This document shows positions 48,521 through 58,356 of a stretch of DNA of 64,000 nt, one piece after another. This DNA comes from Candidatus Saccharimonadota bacterium (GTDB lineage: Bacteria > Patescibacteriota > Saccharimonadia > CAILAD01 > BJGX01): NCBI GenBank assembly GCA_046350735.1, contig JAXLZU010000002.1:16219-80218 (forward strand), given 5' to 3'. The notes under the pieces were generated by a model. The model was given only the letters and a program-made list of their open reading frames with translations. It made no database searches and was not told the DNA's origin. Each line of letters opens with the position of its first letter. Positions within the stretch are counted from its first letter, which is position 1. A program made the translations under genes and the position numbers.

Positions 48521-50074
48521 ATGAAAAATTCGAAGAAACCAGATTTCGTGTACGATCCGGTCGAAGACAAAGGAAAAGAAGTGCCCCTAAAGAGCGTAGA
48601 GCCAGCACATACTTCTCCCAATAACGACCCGGATTTTATTTTTGACCCCAAAGCGAACCCCAAAGAGAACATCCGGGCGCAAGAAAGAGCCCAATTACAA
48701 GACGGTGGAGAAGTTAGCAAGAACACTCACCAAGCAGACCAACCCCACCCACACTCTAAAGATATGGCAGACGAATTTGATTTACCAAAAAAGAAAAAAC
48801 GACGCTGGCCGAAGATAGTGCTGGTATTAGTTATATTACTTGGTGCAGCACTTGGTTATCTGGGCTGGTATCTACTACATCACGCCGGCAAAGTTAGTAG
48901 CAATCTATTTGATTTTAGCTCTCAGTTAAAAGGTGAGTCTCGTGGTCGTGTAAACATACTCTTGCTGGGTATTGGTGACCCTGGCCATGATGGTGGTGCT
49001 CTCTCCGATACTAATATGGTAGTAAGTCTCGATACAACCCAAAAGCCAGCTAAGGTAGCCATCATAAGTTTGCCTCGCGATTTACAAGTTAGTATTCCTG
49101 GTCATGGAGAGGCCAAGATAAATCAAGCCAACTCAGATGGTGGTGTAGACCTTGCTAAAGAGACGGTATCGAATACTCTTGGCATACCAATAGATTATTA
49201 TGTGGTAGCCAATTTTACTGGGTTAAAACAGGCTGTTGATGCTGTTGGTGGAATAGATATTAAAAACGACACCTTGCTAAGCGACCCAGAGTATCCATGT
49301 GACAACAATCAGTATCGCAGCTGTGGCTATAAGTTAGCACCAGGTAATTATCACCTAGACGGTACAGCAGCACTTAAGTTTGCTCGTTGTAGAAAAGGTA
49401 CTTGTGGTGACGACTTTGGCCGCGCACAGCGACAACAACAGGTGCTAACAGCTATTCGCGAAAAAGCCTTAAGCGCCAATACACTAGCCAATCCATTAAA
49501 AGTAAATGATCTATTAAACGCAGCAAGCAATAACGTTAAGACCGATCTTAGCCTCAAAAATATTCAACGCTTGGCTGACCTAACCAAAGGACTACAAAAA
49601 GACCAGATTATGAGCATTGTCTTCTCTCTTAAGCCAAATGGCTTCTTAGTTACCGATAGAACAAGTAGTAATCTCTTACCAGCCGGCGGAAGCTTTGCCG
49701 ATATTCGTAAGTTTGTACAAAATATCTTTACTGTAGGGCCTATCTGGGTAGAAGAACCCAAAATTACTATCGAAAACGGCACAACCACAAGTGGTCTAGG
49801 GGGTAAGTTTAAGCTAAAACTCGAAAATGATGGTATGGCAATAACTATTACTAGTGTGGGCAACGCCAAAACAAAAGACTATACCACCAGCCAAATTATC
49901 GATTACACTGGGGGTAAGAAGCCAAATACTGCAGCATACTTATCGAAACTCTTAGGGGTTCCTGTTACCCAGCCAACAACACCTGTCAAAAATCCGGTAG
50001 TAGACTTTGAGGTTATACTTGGTAGTGACTATGCTGCAAGTGTTGCTCCACAAAATTCGTCTTCTACTAATTAA
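48521..50074 (+). CDS. LytR-CpsA-Psr (LCP) family protein
   Basis: A cytoplasmic N-terminus, one TM helix and an LCP domain (LLLGIGDPGHDGGALSDTNMVVSL...PRD). Confidence 0.82.
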   Translation: MKNSKKPDFVYDPVEDKGKEVPLKSVEPAHTSPNNDPDFIFDPKANPKENIRAQERAQLQDGGEVSKNTHQADQPHPHSKDMADEFDLPKKKKRRWPKIVLVLVILLGAALGYLGWYLLHHAGKVSSNLFDFSSQLKGESRGRVNILLLGIGDPGHDGGALSDTNMVVSLDTTQKPAKVAIISLPRDLQVSIPGHGEAKINQANSDGGVDLAKETVSNTLGIPIDYYVVANFTGLKQAVDAVGGIDIKNDTLLSDPEYPCDNNQYRSCGYKLAPGNYHLDGTAALKFARCRKGTCGDDFGRAQRQQQVLTAIREKALSANTLANPLKVNDLLNAASNNVKTDLSLKNIQRLADLTKGLQKDQIMSIVFSLKPNGFLVTDRTSSNLLPAGGSFADIRKFVQNIFTVGPIWVEEPKITIENGTTTSGLGGKFKLKLENDGMAITITSVGNAKTKDYTTSQIIDYTGGKKPNTAAYLSKLLGVPVTQPTTPVKNPVVDFEVILGSDYAASVAPQNSSSTN

Positions 50075-50101
50075 AATCCCCCTAGCTAATACTAGGAGGA
50101 A

Positions 50102-50434
50102 CTATTTTCTCGTTAGTGCCGAGTAGGGTGATTTTCTCTGATGCGAATTATAAAAAAGTGCATCAATAATCTTATCTAGATCTCGCATAGGTATGGTTAT
50201 TGAATTCGCATGCATCACTTGCCTACAATCATCATCCTTACAACGATGCTCTTCACAGGTTTTATGCGATACTGCATTAAGTACAAAGATAGTCTCACCA
50301 TCTTCTTCTATTACGGTCAGAACCAACTCGCCAAACTCACCTGCCCTCAACTGATCAAGATACATCGGAAACAACCTGGCCAGCGCAAGAGCTTTTTGGT
50401 CGAAATCTTCACTTATATCAGAAACACTGCTCAT
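50102..50434 (-). CDS. hypothetical protein with Cys cluster
   Basis: 110 aa containing a C-x4-C-x5-C motif (CEEHRCKDDDC). Confidence 0.4.
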   Translation of the reverse strand: MSSVSDISEDFDQKALALARLFPMYLDQLRAGEFGELVLTVIEEDGETIFVLNAVSHKTCEEHRCKDDDCRQVMHANSITIPMRDLDKIIDALFYNSHQRKSPYSALTRK

Positions 50435-50673
50435 TTATCCTCCAAGGTGCGATCATTCGGATAATTATAATACCATTTTTACAAAAAATATTCAATAAAA
50501 AAGCCCTAGAATTAACTAGAGCCAAGGGTCGTCATCGCCAACATTCCAGCTACTCCAGCCAAAATGTTTCGTAGTATTTTTCTTTGGTGTAGTCTGGCTC
50601 TTCTTCTTTTTTATCATCCAAGTGCCAAAGATTACAAAGGCTGTTCCTAACCCAAAATAGAGCTTTTTGCTCT

Positions 50674-50793
50674 TCATCTTTGCTTATTCTGTCTTTGAAT
50701 GGCTCGCGTATCTGCCTGTGGCGCTCGAGCAACAACAAAAACAACAGCAGCAACAAAAGAAACAAGCATAGCTACAAAGATTCTCTTCTTCAT
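50674..50793 (-). CDS. possible 39-aa membrane/signal peptide-like small protein
   Basis: The ATG at 50793 has an AAGGG RBS: MKKRIFVAMLVSFVAAVVFVVARAPQ.... It overlaps a TTG-start 71-codon track ORF in another frame. The locus contains CAA/CAG-rich repeats. Confidence 0.25.
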   Translation of the reverse strand: MKKRIFVAMLVSFVAAVVFVVARAPQADTRAIQRQNKQR

Positions 50794-50865
50794 ATTTCAC
50801 CCTTTCGCCATGGCTTGTAGGTACTCGCAATAGAATACCAAAAAAACAGATTGTTTACAATAAAG

Positions 50866-51195
50866 TTACTCGTTTGTGTCTATTAAGAAAATTCGATGGA
50901 AGAACCCACCACGCTCCTGAAGCTTCTTCTCCTTAACTTCTTCTACCTGATCCATATCGCCATCTTCAAACAGAGCTAATGCAGCGAGTACTTCACGAAT
51001 ATCTGCTCGTTCTTCACACCGGGCCTCGGGTGTCTCAGCTTCTAAATATTCAGCAACTTCTTCTTGTAGCTTCTTGCGTAATTCCTGATAGTATTCATCA
51101 TCATCCAGTTTGCGAGTCTGGCTAGCAATTCCCCTTGCTGCCAAATAGTCCGGAATCTTATCTCTTACTAATTTATTCCAAGACTTACGAGCCAT
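50866..51195 (-). CDS. MazG-like nucleoside triphosphate pyrophosphohydrolase
   Basis: N-terminal KLVRDKIPD motif typical of the YpjD/MazG-like all-alpha NTP-PPase family. Confidence 0.55.
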   Translation of the reverse strand: MARKSWNKLVRDKIPDYLAARGIASQTRKLDDDEYYQELRKKLQEEVAEYLEAETPEARCEERADIREVLAALALFEDGDMDQVEEVKEKKLQERGGFFHRIFLIDTNE

Positions 51196-51252
51196 AACAA
51201 ACTCCTTCGTTTTGAGGTGCCTATTTCAGTCTGAACCCAAATTTATCTGCTT

Positions 51253-51993
51253 TCAAGCATTGCCTTTTAAATACGCCTGTCGCTTGGCTTCTGGAAACTT
51301 TTCTATAGCATAACGCAACATGGTACGAGGCATAGTTTTGTAGTGCTTTTTTAAAAACAATTCTTCAACTTCTATACCTACACTATTACCTACCTCTCGT
51401 AACATCCAACCAACAGCTTTTTGTATTAAATCGTGCTCATCGTGTAAAAGCAGCTCTGCGATAGAAAAGGTTTCGTTAATATCCCCCATCTTTATAAAAT
51501 AAAATGTCGACATTATAGCAATGCGACGCTCCCAAATAGATTTTGATTTTGCTAACTTGGTGAGTATATGTATTGTTTGTTTGGATGGCGATTGCTTCTG
51601 TGCAAAGTTATTCCACAAATACACACTGACTATATATGGTGCCGAGCTATCTACAATATCCCAATTATTTATATAGATTGTATTAGCCAAGTAGAAATCA
51701 TAAATTTGCTTCTGTTTCTTTGTATCGGCAGTTTTAAATTGTTCTACCAATATTATTACTGCTGTTAGGCGATGCTCATGCACCTTGCTCTTAAGTAGAT
51801 TCTTTATTTCTCTTAAGGGCAGGTCTTTATATAGCTTGGCAACTTTTCGCTGTTGGGGTACTGTTACGCCTATAAAAATATCGCCTTCGCCATACTGGCC
51901 TTTTCCTGTTTTAAAAAACCAAGCAGAGTTATTAGCGCGCTCTACATCTGCAAGTTTGTCTAGATCGTTTATTACCGACTTTGCGGTACTCAT
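51253..51993 (-). CDS. DNA alkylation repair protein (AlkC/AlkD-like HEAT-repeat glycosylase family)
   Basis: 246-aa helical-repeat protein with AlkD-family N-terminal conservation. Confidence 0.6.
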   Translation of the reverse strand: MSTAKSVINDLDKLADVERANNSAWFFKTGKGQYGEGDIFIGVTVPQQRKVAKLYKDLPLREIKNLLKSKVHEHRLTAVIILVEQFKTADTKKQKQIYDFYLANTIYINNWDIVDSSAPYIVSVYLWNNFAQKQSPSKQTIHILTKLAKSKSIWERRIAIMSTFYFIKMGDINETFSIAELLLHDEHDLIQKAVGWMLREVGNSVGIEVEELFLKKHYKTMPRTMLRYAIEKFPEAKRQAYLKGNA

Positions 51994-52082
51994 AAATACT
52001 TTGTATACCTTTCTTTAGTTATTAGGCCGGATTAACTCTACAGACACTAACTTACTATCTGTTATTAGTAACTTACCTATAG

Positions 52083-52316
52083 TTATTTTGTACCCCACTC
52101 AATCCTACTCCATATTCTCTCATGCACATAGTAAATAATTGTTCCGCTTATAGCTGTTATTCCAGTAATAGTTGTGGCATCGGCCAAACGACGAGTTGTT
52201 AAGAAACTAATTGTAAAGATAGAGATAATAATAACAATACGATACGTAATTGCTTTGGTAATCGATCGGGTATACGTTTCTTGTGCACTACGCCTTAATA
52301 ACTGTGATGTTTTCAT
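52083..52316 (-). CDS. small membrane protein
   Basis: 77 aa with two TM helices; its start overlaps the upstream stop. Confidence 0.35.
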   Translation of the reverse strand: MKTSQLLRRSAQETYTRSITKAITYRIVIIISIFTISFLTTRRLADATTITGITAISGTIIYYVHERIWSRIEWGTK

Positions 52317-52954
52317 TTAATAATAAACTGAATCGCTTTTATTAACTCAAAAATCCCGATAATGCCGAAAATAGCTGCAATAATGTAACGGCTGTTTTTG
52401 TTAACCGAATTTTTTATAGCGTTAATTCTTTTTGGTGAATGGATAAGTGCTAATAAAATTGGTGGCACAATAGCAGGAATAAGAGAGAAAAGTACCATTA
52501 CAATAAGTAGTTCTATTTTTACAAAAGTAGAATAATAACTGGCAACATGAGCTGCTGGAACATACATAATAATTGTTGAGGTATTTAGTATCATAAAACC
52601 AAAACCTACACTAAATGCACCGCCCTCGCTAATTACTCGTTTTGTATGATGTTTTTTGGGTTTGGCAACAAAAAACTGATACAGTGCAAAACCGATGAGA
52701 AAAACCCCAAGTAGTAAATCGATACGTGCATCTGTAAGTGTATATGTGCTGCCAGGCGAAACTCTTGATAACAAGAAAAAGATAATAAAACCGATAATAG
52801 TAATGGCTGTTGCGGCACCAAGTGTAAATAGCGCCGACTTCACATTAGCAGCTTTTTTTTGGCTTGCCACTAGAGTGGCTATGGTAAAAATTAACGGGCT
52901 TACTGCCGAAGCAAGTGCAAAAGGTAAAATATCTATAATGAGACCAACATGCAT
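52313..52954 (-). CDS. polytopic membrane protein (hypothetical)
   Basis: 213 aa with ~6 TM helices. Confidence 0.5.
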   Translation of the reverse strand: MHVGLIIDILPFALASAVSPLIFTIATLVASQKKAANVKSALFTLGAATAITIIGFIIFFLLSRVSPGSTYTLTDARIDLLLGVFLIGFALYQFFVAKPKKHHTKRVISEGGAFSVGFGFMILNTSTIIMYVPAAHVASYYSTFVKIELLIVMVLFSLIPAIVPPILLALIHSPKRINAIKNSVNKNSRYIIAAIFGIIGIFELIKAIQFIIK

Positions 52955-52966
52955 ATGGTTATTGTA

Positions 52967-53413
52967 CTATTTTTTGTTACCAAGTGCTTGTGCTAGGACA
53001 TTTTTAAGTGTTTGTCTATCTTTTGGCCACCAAATCTTATCTATAAATTTATCTAGTTGTAGCCATAAATAATCAGTACTCTCTTCATTCAACCGAATAG
53101 CCTGGTTATAAGTAGTAACCAAAAGAAATGCTTGTTCTTGAATTTCTGTATGAGTATCTTTGTTTGAAATATACGAATGTATTATTGGTAACTTAATAAG
53201 GGTGATGTGCGAATTGATACCTGTCTCTTCTTGCACCTCTCTAATTGCTGCTGTTTCGAGTGGCTCACCAGACTCTACGTTGCCTGTCACTACATACCAC
53301 CTATCTCCTCCATGTCCTAAATGCGGGGCATTTCGTCGTGTCAGCCAATCATAATGGCTTCCGTGTGGTCGAGCAATAAAGACCATTACTTTTTGCTTAG
53401 TATTCATACACAT
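52967..53413 (-). CDS. NUDIX hydrolase
   Basis: Nudix box GNVESGEPLETAAIREVQEETGI. Confidence 0.8.
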   Translation of the reverse strand: MCMNTKQKVMVFIARPHGSHYDWLTRRNAPHLGHGGDRWYVVTGNVESGEPLETAAIREVQEETGINSHITLIKLPIIHSYISNKDTHTEIQEQAFLLVTTYNQAIRLNEESTDYLWLQLDKFIDKIWWPKDRQTLKNVLAQALGNKK

Positions 53414-53464
53414 ATTATACGCTTAAGAAAAACGACCATCCATTATCGGATGGTCGTAATAAAT

Positions 53465-53707
53465 TTACTGCTTCTTGTTGTAAATTTCAGCAATTCGACT
53501 ATCAATCTCACGTATTTCCTTTGCCAGTTCGATCTTTCGTCGCTCGAGAAAGTGAAGGCGCAACGTGCCATCAAAATCAGGATCGACGTCGTTCTTTTCT
53601 GGCTGATCTATATTGGTTATCGTCACTGCATTCACCTCCTTGGCGAGTAGTAAGGTGTGACGAGAAGGTACGCCCCTCTTGCTCTGTACGACAGGCATAC
53701 TGTGCAA
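53465..53707 (-). CDS. hypothetical protein
   Basis: 80-aa ORF with a coiled-coil-like C-terminus. Confidence 0.4.
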   Translation of the reverse strand: MHSMPVVQSKRGVPSRHTLLLAKEVNAVTITNIDQPEKNDVDPDFDGTLRLHFLERRKIELAKEIREIDSRIAEIYNKKQ

Positions 53708-53767
53708 AGTGGCTGCTACTGCGAGATGAAGAGATTGTACGCTAATCTGTAGAATAATGCAAGTACC

Positions 53768-54064
53768 TTATCGCAGGGGTGGTAGAGTTGCAGTAGCTGT
53801 AAGATACTTTTGGCGAAACTCGACAAACTTTTTCTGTTCTTTATGTGCTATGGCTTGCAAAGAAAGAGCTCTTGGACTATTTTTACCCGACTTCTTTATC
53901 TCTTCGTGATAAGCCTCAAAAGCTTCCCAAAATGATACAAACGCAGCTTGCATCTGGGCACCTACATACAAAACATCTATTGGTCGCAGAGATTCAGGCA
54001 TGTTTACTCCTTCGTTCTGAGGTACTAGCATTAGTATACTAACTAACCTGCTACTTGCAAGCAA
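53768..54064 (-). CDS. hypothetical protein
   Basis: 98-aa ORF; the start may be the internal MPESLRPID. Confidence 0.4.
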   Translation of the reverse strand: MLASSRLVSILMLVPQNEGVNMPESLRPIDVLYVGAQMQAAFVSFWEAFEAYHEEIKKSGKNSPRALSLQAIAHKEQKKFVEFRQKYLTATATLPPLR

Positions 54065-54102
54065 TTGTTCGGCTAATGTTTGTAAGATGATATACTAAAG
54101 GT

Positions 54103-55281
54103 ATGCGTACTCAACCACTAGCAGACAGACTGCGGCCACAAAAACTAGGTGATGTAATTGGGCAAAAACATCTTATTGGCCAAAACCAATTTTTGCGAAC
54201 AGTTATAGAGAAGGGTCAGCCTGTGAGTATGGTATTGTGGGGCCCACCCGGAAGTGGCAAAACCACATTGGCTCGTATAATTGGAAGTAGTGCAAATTTT
54301 GAATTCAAAGAAATTTCGGCAGTTACTTCTGGACTTGCTGACGTAAAAAAAGTTATAGAAGAAGCTAAGAATAATCTCAAAGCTGGTCGACAAACCATAC
54401 TGTTTGTCGATGAAATTCATCGCTTTAATAAGGCCCAACAAGACGCATTTTTGCCCCATGTAGAAGCTGGTACTATTATTCTTATAGGCGCGACTACCGA
54501 GAATCCAAGCTTCGAAGTTATTGGTCCGCTTCTTTCTCGCTCGCGTGTGGTAGTACTCGAACCACTTAGTGCTGCAGACATTACAGAGATAATTTTGCGA
54601 GCACAAAAAGAACTCAAACTTTCTAAATTAGAGCCCGCTGCAGTTGAGCTATTAGCTGAGCTGTCTGGCGGCGATGCCAGAGTAGCACTTGGCGGGCTAG
54701 AAGCTGCAGCAGCAATTTCTCATAAAACTATTACTACCAACGATATTAAACAGGCAATGCAAAAGGTCGGGGCTAAGTATGATAAAGGTGGTGAGTATCA
54801 TTACAATCTTATTTCTGCCTACATAAAATCGATGCGTGGCAGTGATGTTAACGCTACACTGTATTATCTGGCACGTATGATTAATGGTGGTGAAGACCCT
54901 AAATTTATTGCTCGCCGCAATATTATTTTTGCATCTGAAGATATTGGGCTAGCTGCACCGGCTGCACTCAACCTGGCAGTGTCGACTTTTTTAGCAGTAG
55001 AGCGCATTGGTTTGCCCGAGTGTAGTTACAACTTATTTGCATGCGCGACTGTATTGGCAAAAAGTAAAAAATCTCGATCAGTCGCAGATGCAATGAATAA
55101 CGCATTCTCTATTGCTAAAAAATATCCAGATGCAGCTGTACCTCTACATCTACGTAATGCTCCAACCAAGCTTATGAAAGATCTTGGTTATGGCAAAGAT
55201 ACAAAATGGCAATCTGGCTTTAAACATCCCAAAGGCTTTTTGCCCGATGAGTTGCAAAATATCAAAATCTTTGAGGACTAA
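54103..55281 (+). CDS. rarA: replication-associated recombination protein A (AAA+ ATPase RarA/MgsA)
   Basis: Walker [15 protein letters not shown], Walker [10 protein letters not shown] and a C-terminal MgsA domain. Confidence 0.93.
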   Translation: MRTQPLADRLRPQKLGDVIGQKHLIGQNQFLRTVIEKGQPVSMVLWGPPGSGKTTLARIIGSSANFEFKEISAVTSGLADVKKVIEEAKNNLKAGRQTILFVDEIHRFNKAQQDAFLPHVEAGTIILIGATTENPSFEVIGPLLSRSRVVVLEPLSAADITEIILRAQKELKLSKLEPAAVELLAELSGGDARVALGGLEAAAAISHKTITTNDIKQAMQKVGAKYDKGGEYHYNLISAYIKSMRGSDVNATLYYLARMINGGEDPKFIARRNIIFASEDIGLAAPAALNLAVSTFLAVERIGLPECSYNLFACATVLAKSKKSRSVADAMNNAFSIAKKYPDAAVPLHLRNAPTKLMKDLGYGKDTKWQSGFKHPKGFLPDELQNIKIFED

Positions 55282-56300
55282 ATAAACTTCTTCTTTATTC
55301 CGTAACGAAATGCTAAATAGCCTGGTAGCGTAGGAATCCAAAAAGTAATGGTACGAAATATCATTACACCTGCTGTGGCCGAGGCCGAATCTACACCTAC
55401 TAGCATTAAGCCGCCAATGAGTGCTGCTTCTACGGTACCGATTCCTCCTGGTGCCGGTCCGCATGCACCAATTGAATTAAATATTAGATATACAAATACT
55501 GACTGCCAAAACGGAATATGCACACCTACTGCTACTAAGCAAAGGTAGAAAACTACGTTAGTGCAGGTGTAACTCAGCAACATTAGCCCGAGTGATGCAG
55601 CACTTTTTGCTGGAGTCTTGAGAATTATCCTAAATGAATGGAGTATTTCTGCAACTTTTTCTTTTATTTTTTGCAGCCAGCCAAATGCTCTCACAATTAC
55701 ATAAACTGCCAAGATAAGTATTGCTATTAAGAAGAAAAGCTTCCAGCCAGGTGTAAAGCTTGGTTGAATACCAACCGATTCGAGACCACCCCCAAAGATT
55801 ACTACCGGAATAAAATACAATAACCAAGCCGTAAAATAGACTAGTTCTACAGCACCCACATACCCCAGTCCAGCTTCTAAGCTATAACCAGCCACAACTG
55901 CGTATCTGTACATCAACCCAGGGCCACCCAGACCTGCAGGAAATATTTTGTAAGTGAAGGCCATAGCAAGCTGAATAAGACCAGTTTGCTTAAACGGCAT
56001 AGGCTTGGTTGCAAGTACTGTCATGGCAACACCAGTAAAAACAAAGGTAAAACAAAAAATACACGCGGCTAATAAAAGAATTGCATCGTTAGCACTCTGA
56101 ACAATAGTTACAATTTGCTGCCAGTTTTCTACCAGTGGCCACAGCAATACCAGTAAGAAGCCAAACAATAACGTCATTCCGGCCCTATATAACCAGGGAT
56201 GCTTGTGTCCTTTTTGCTTTTGTTCTTGCTTTTTCTTATCGAAGTAAGAAAGCTCTTGGCTAGTGTCGACAGTTTCTTGGTTGGAGACCATTAAAGACAT
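55278..56300 (-). CDS. flippase-like membrane protein (UPF0104/LPG-synthase-TM family)
   Basis: 340 aa with ~8 TM helices and the Gly-rich pattern typical of TIGR00374-like proteins. Confidence 0.65.
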   Translation of the reverse strand: MSLMVSNQETVDTSQELSYFDKKKQEQKQKGHKHPWLYRAGMTLLFGFLLVLLWPLVENWQQIVTIVQSANDAILLLAACIFCFTFVFTGVAMTVLATKPMPFKQTGLIQLAMAFTYKIFPAGLGGPGLMYRYAVVAGYSLEAGLGYVGAVELVYFTAWLLYFIPVVIFGGGLESVGIQPSFTPGWKLFFLIAILILAVYVIVRAFGWLQKIKEKVAEILHSFRIILKTPAKSAASLGLMLLSYTCTNVVFYLCLVAVGVHIPFWQSVFVYLIFNSIGACGPAPGGIGTVEAALIGGLMLVGVDSASATAGVMIFRTITFWIPTLPGYLAFRYGIKKKFI

Positions 56301-56357
56301 GCTAATATTGTAACACTTTTACTGAAGTGCTAGTCTTCGAACGAGGGTTAATTAGAT

Positions 56358-56894
56358 CTAAAACCCAAAGTTGTTAAACTGACTAACGTAGCTACTGACG
56401 CTAGAAATAAAGTTCTTGGCATTTGTAAGAAAGTCGGCCGATACAACAGTGGTCGTGCTAGTACCGTCTGAAAAATTGACCGTCATTTTACGAGTTGGGC
56501 CACCAATTAGGGTTTTGTTTTGAGCATTATTGTTGTAAGTCATTTTTGTACCAACGTTTGATGAGTAGTAAAGATTAACCAACTTATAAAAATCAGCAGA
56601 AGTTAGCGAACAATTACTGTTAATAGTTGTACTGGAAGTAACTACCGAATAAGTACAGCTATCGGCTGTTAAAGTAAGCGTCTTGGTACTTTGATAAGGC
56701 GGTGCAACTGGTCCAGTATAGCTAGTAAAAACAAATGATTTTATCGAAGTATAATAATTTTGCTTTTGCCAATACTTGTAAATTAAAAAGCCACCAACAA
56801 GCAATATTATAAAAACTAAGAAAAGAAATAGTGGCCACCAAGAACGATCTTTGGCCTTTTGATAGCTAGTGTTTGAGGATTTATTCGTTGCCAT
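56358..56894 (-). CDS. secreted/membrane-anchored hypothetical protein, paralog A
   Basis: 178 aa with an N-terminal signal anchor and an S/T-rich body. Similar to the downstream paralog and shares an identical 5' leader. Confidence 0.5.
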   Translation of the reverse strand: MATNKSSNTSYQKAKDRSWWPLFLFLVFIILLVGGFLIYKYWQKQNYYTSIKSFVFTSYTGPVAPPYQSTKTLTLTADSCTYSVVTSSTTINSNCSLTSADFYKLVNLYYSSNVGTKMTYNNNAQNKTLIGGPTRKMTVNFSDGTSTTTVVSADFLTNAKNFISSVSSYVSQFNNFGF

Positions 56895-56914
56895 TATTCT
56901 TATGCTAACACATC
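56892..56914. repeat. 23-nt direct repeat (copy 1) spanning start codon and leader of paralog A
   Basis: cattattcttatgctaacacatc is identical to 57441-57463. Confidence 0.85.
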
Positions 56915-56927
56915 TCAGTAAGCTTTT

Positions 56928-57443
56928 CTACAGACCGCTATTAGCGGGTGCGTAGCTTTTTAACACCTGTACGAATGACTCGACATTTGCCTCGGCGGGT
57001 TCGCTAAAATAGATAGTATTTGAGGTGCCATCTTTATAATACACCCCTAGTAATAATAGTTGGCCTGTAGCAGGTGTGCCTATCTGAGAGGCAGTATTGG
57101 TTGGTAGCGAATTGGTAAAATATGCATTGGTGATAGTGTTCCATATCTGAGAGTTTATAGGACAGTCAATAGTTGTAGCATAATTGTCTTGCGAGGGAGT
57201 TTGAATAACAAGATTGCAACTATTTGGTGTAATAGTAAGGGTTTGACTCACTTGAGAGTCTTCGGCCTGACTGCCGTTATACTTGCTTAATACAAACGAC
57301 TTAATATCATTTGGCGAGTGGTGAGCTCGAATGTAACGAATAGAAAACCCAATGGCAGCCAATGCAATAACGGCTACAATAATTACCACCGTCACAAATA
57401 CCGGATCTTTATACTTTTTTCTCTGATTTTTCTGCTTTGTCAT
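56928..57443 (-). CDS. secreted/membrane-anchored hypothetical protein, paralog B
   Basis: 171 aa with the same architecture (signal anchor, then IKSFV..SKY.GS..., and ...DSC/NSC... motifs). Confidence 0.5.
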   Translation of the reverse strand: MTKQKNQRKKYKDPVFVTVVIIVAVIALAAIGFSIRYIRAHHSPNDIKSFVLSKYNGSQAEDSQVSQTLTITPNSCNLVIQTPSQDNYATTIDCPINSQIWNTITNAYFTNSLPTNTASQIGTPATGQLLLLGVYYKDGTSNTIYFSEPAEANVESFVQVLKSYAPANSGL

Positions 57444-57463
57444 TATTCTTATGCTAACACATC
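57441..57463. repeat. 23-nt direct repeat (copy 2) spanning start codon and leader of paralog B
   Basis: Identical to 56892-56914. Confidence 0.85.
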
Positions 57464-57574
57464 AGATATTTTTTACAATTTGTCTACCACTAAGTCAGCC
57501 CAAGATAGAATTCCTAAATTCTAGTAATAATTTTCTAGCTGTGTTGGTTAGTCTGTAGTACATACTAAATGCTT

Positions 57575-57602
57575 AATAAAAGCCACTCGAAACCGAGTGG
57601 CT
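57575..57602 (-). terminator. rho-independent terminator (minus strand)
   Basis: Hairpin agccactcg-aaac-cgagtggct (57581-57602) followed on the minus strand by TTTTATT. It sits after the stop of the 57618-58253 gene. Confidence 0.5.
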
Positions 57603-57617
57603 GTATTGCCAAATACT

Positions 57618-58253
57618 TTAATTATTTGCTTCTGCAAGTAGCTTTTGGCGGGCTATCCGCTTTTCCCTGGTAGTAAGCCGTGGCAAGTTATACCTAACTC
57701 CTGTACCGTGCAAAACAAATTGTTGTCTATCTGTCTTTTCTGGCTTGCGCCAAAACGCGATTCGGTCTGGTGGGTATGTGGAAACAAGCTCATCGCATGG
57801 CATTGGATTATGGTCGAACCAACTATCCAGCCAGAAACACCCTCTCTGGACTGTCTGATCACCTACCTTCACCCAAACTTCAGCTTTGTAAATGTTGCCA
57901 AAAGCGTCGTTTTGCATAGCGGTAATGCGGACTCGCACTTCTACCGCGTCTGCACCGGCGCGCAGCGATCCCTCTGCGAGATAAACATCAATTTTGTATG
58001 GGTAGTGACAATCTGCCCACCACAGCGACTGATCGTCTGGATTGGCTTCTTTGCGTGCCTCAAATTCCTCAGATGTACCATGCGTATGACACTCGCCTTT
58101 CTGCAAACATTCTTCCCAGCTCGCTACTTTTACGAAGGTCCACTGCTCGTGTACCGTAACTCTGAGCCCAAAGTCCTCTCTAAGGATTTGGCTCAAATTG
58201 GTCACAAACATTGCAGTAGTACGAGGAATTCGAATCTCACTCGTCTTTGTCAT
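57618..58253 (-). CDS. GC-rich orphan gene, hypothetical protein
   Basis: ~50% GC against ~38% neighbours. The ATG at 58253 has an AGGAAGG RBS. 211 aa with no motif recognised. The antisense +ORF 57645-58307 is Cys/Trp-rich junk. Confidence 0.6.
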   Translation of the reverse strand: MTKTSEIRIPRTTAMFVTNLSQILREDFGLRVTVHEQWTFVKVASWEECLQKGECHTHGTSEEFEARKEANPDDQSLWWADCHYPYKIDVYLAEGSLRAGADAVEVRVRITAMQNDAFGNIYKAEVWVKVGDQTVQRGCFWLDSWFDHNPMPCDELVSTYPPDRIAFWRKPEKTDRQQFVLHGTGVRYNLPRLTTREKRIARQKLLAEANN

Positions 58254-58356
58254 TGCACCTTCCTAACCTATGGGCTTGGTTCGTACTACTCGCCTGTGGG
58301 TGAGTAGATTGCTTACATATAATATCATAATTAATACATTTTGTAAATACTCTTAT

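Noticed and set aside
50550-50765. 71-aa TTG-start ORF (MFLLLLLLF...)
   Set aside because: It has no ATG start and overlaps a better-initiated 39-codon frame. Both are weak; I listed only the latter, as low-confidence.
57645-58307. 220-aa plus-strand ORF
   Set aside because: It is antisense to the better-supported minus-strand gene 57618-58253 (ATG with an AGGAAGG RBS). It has a TTG start and Cys/Trp-rich low-complexity translation.
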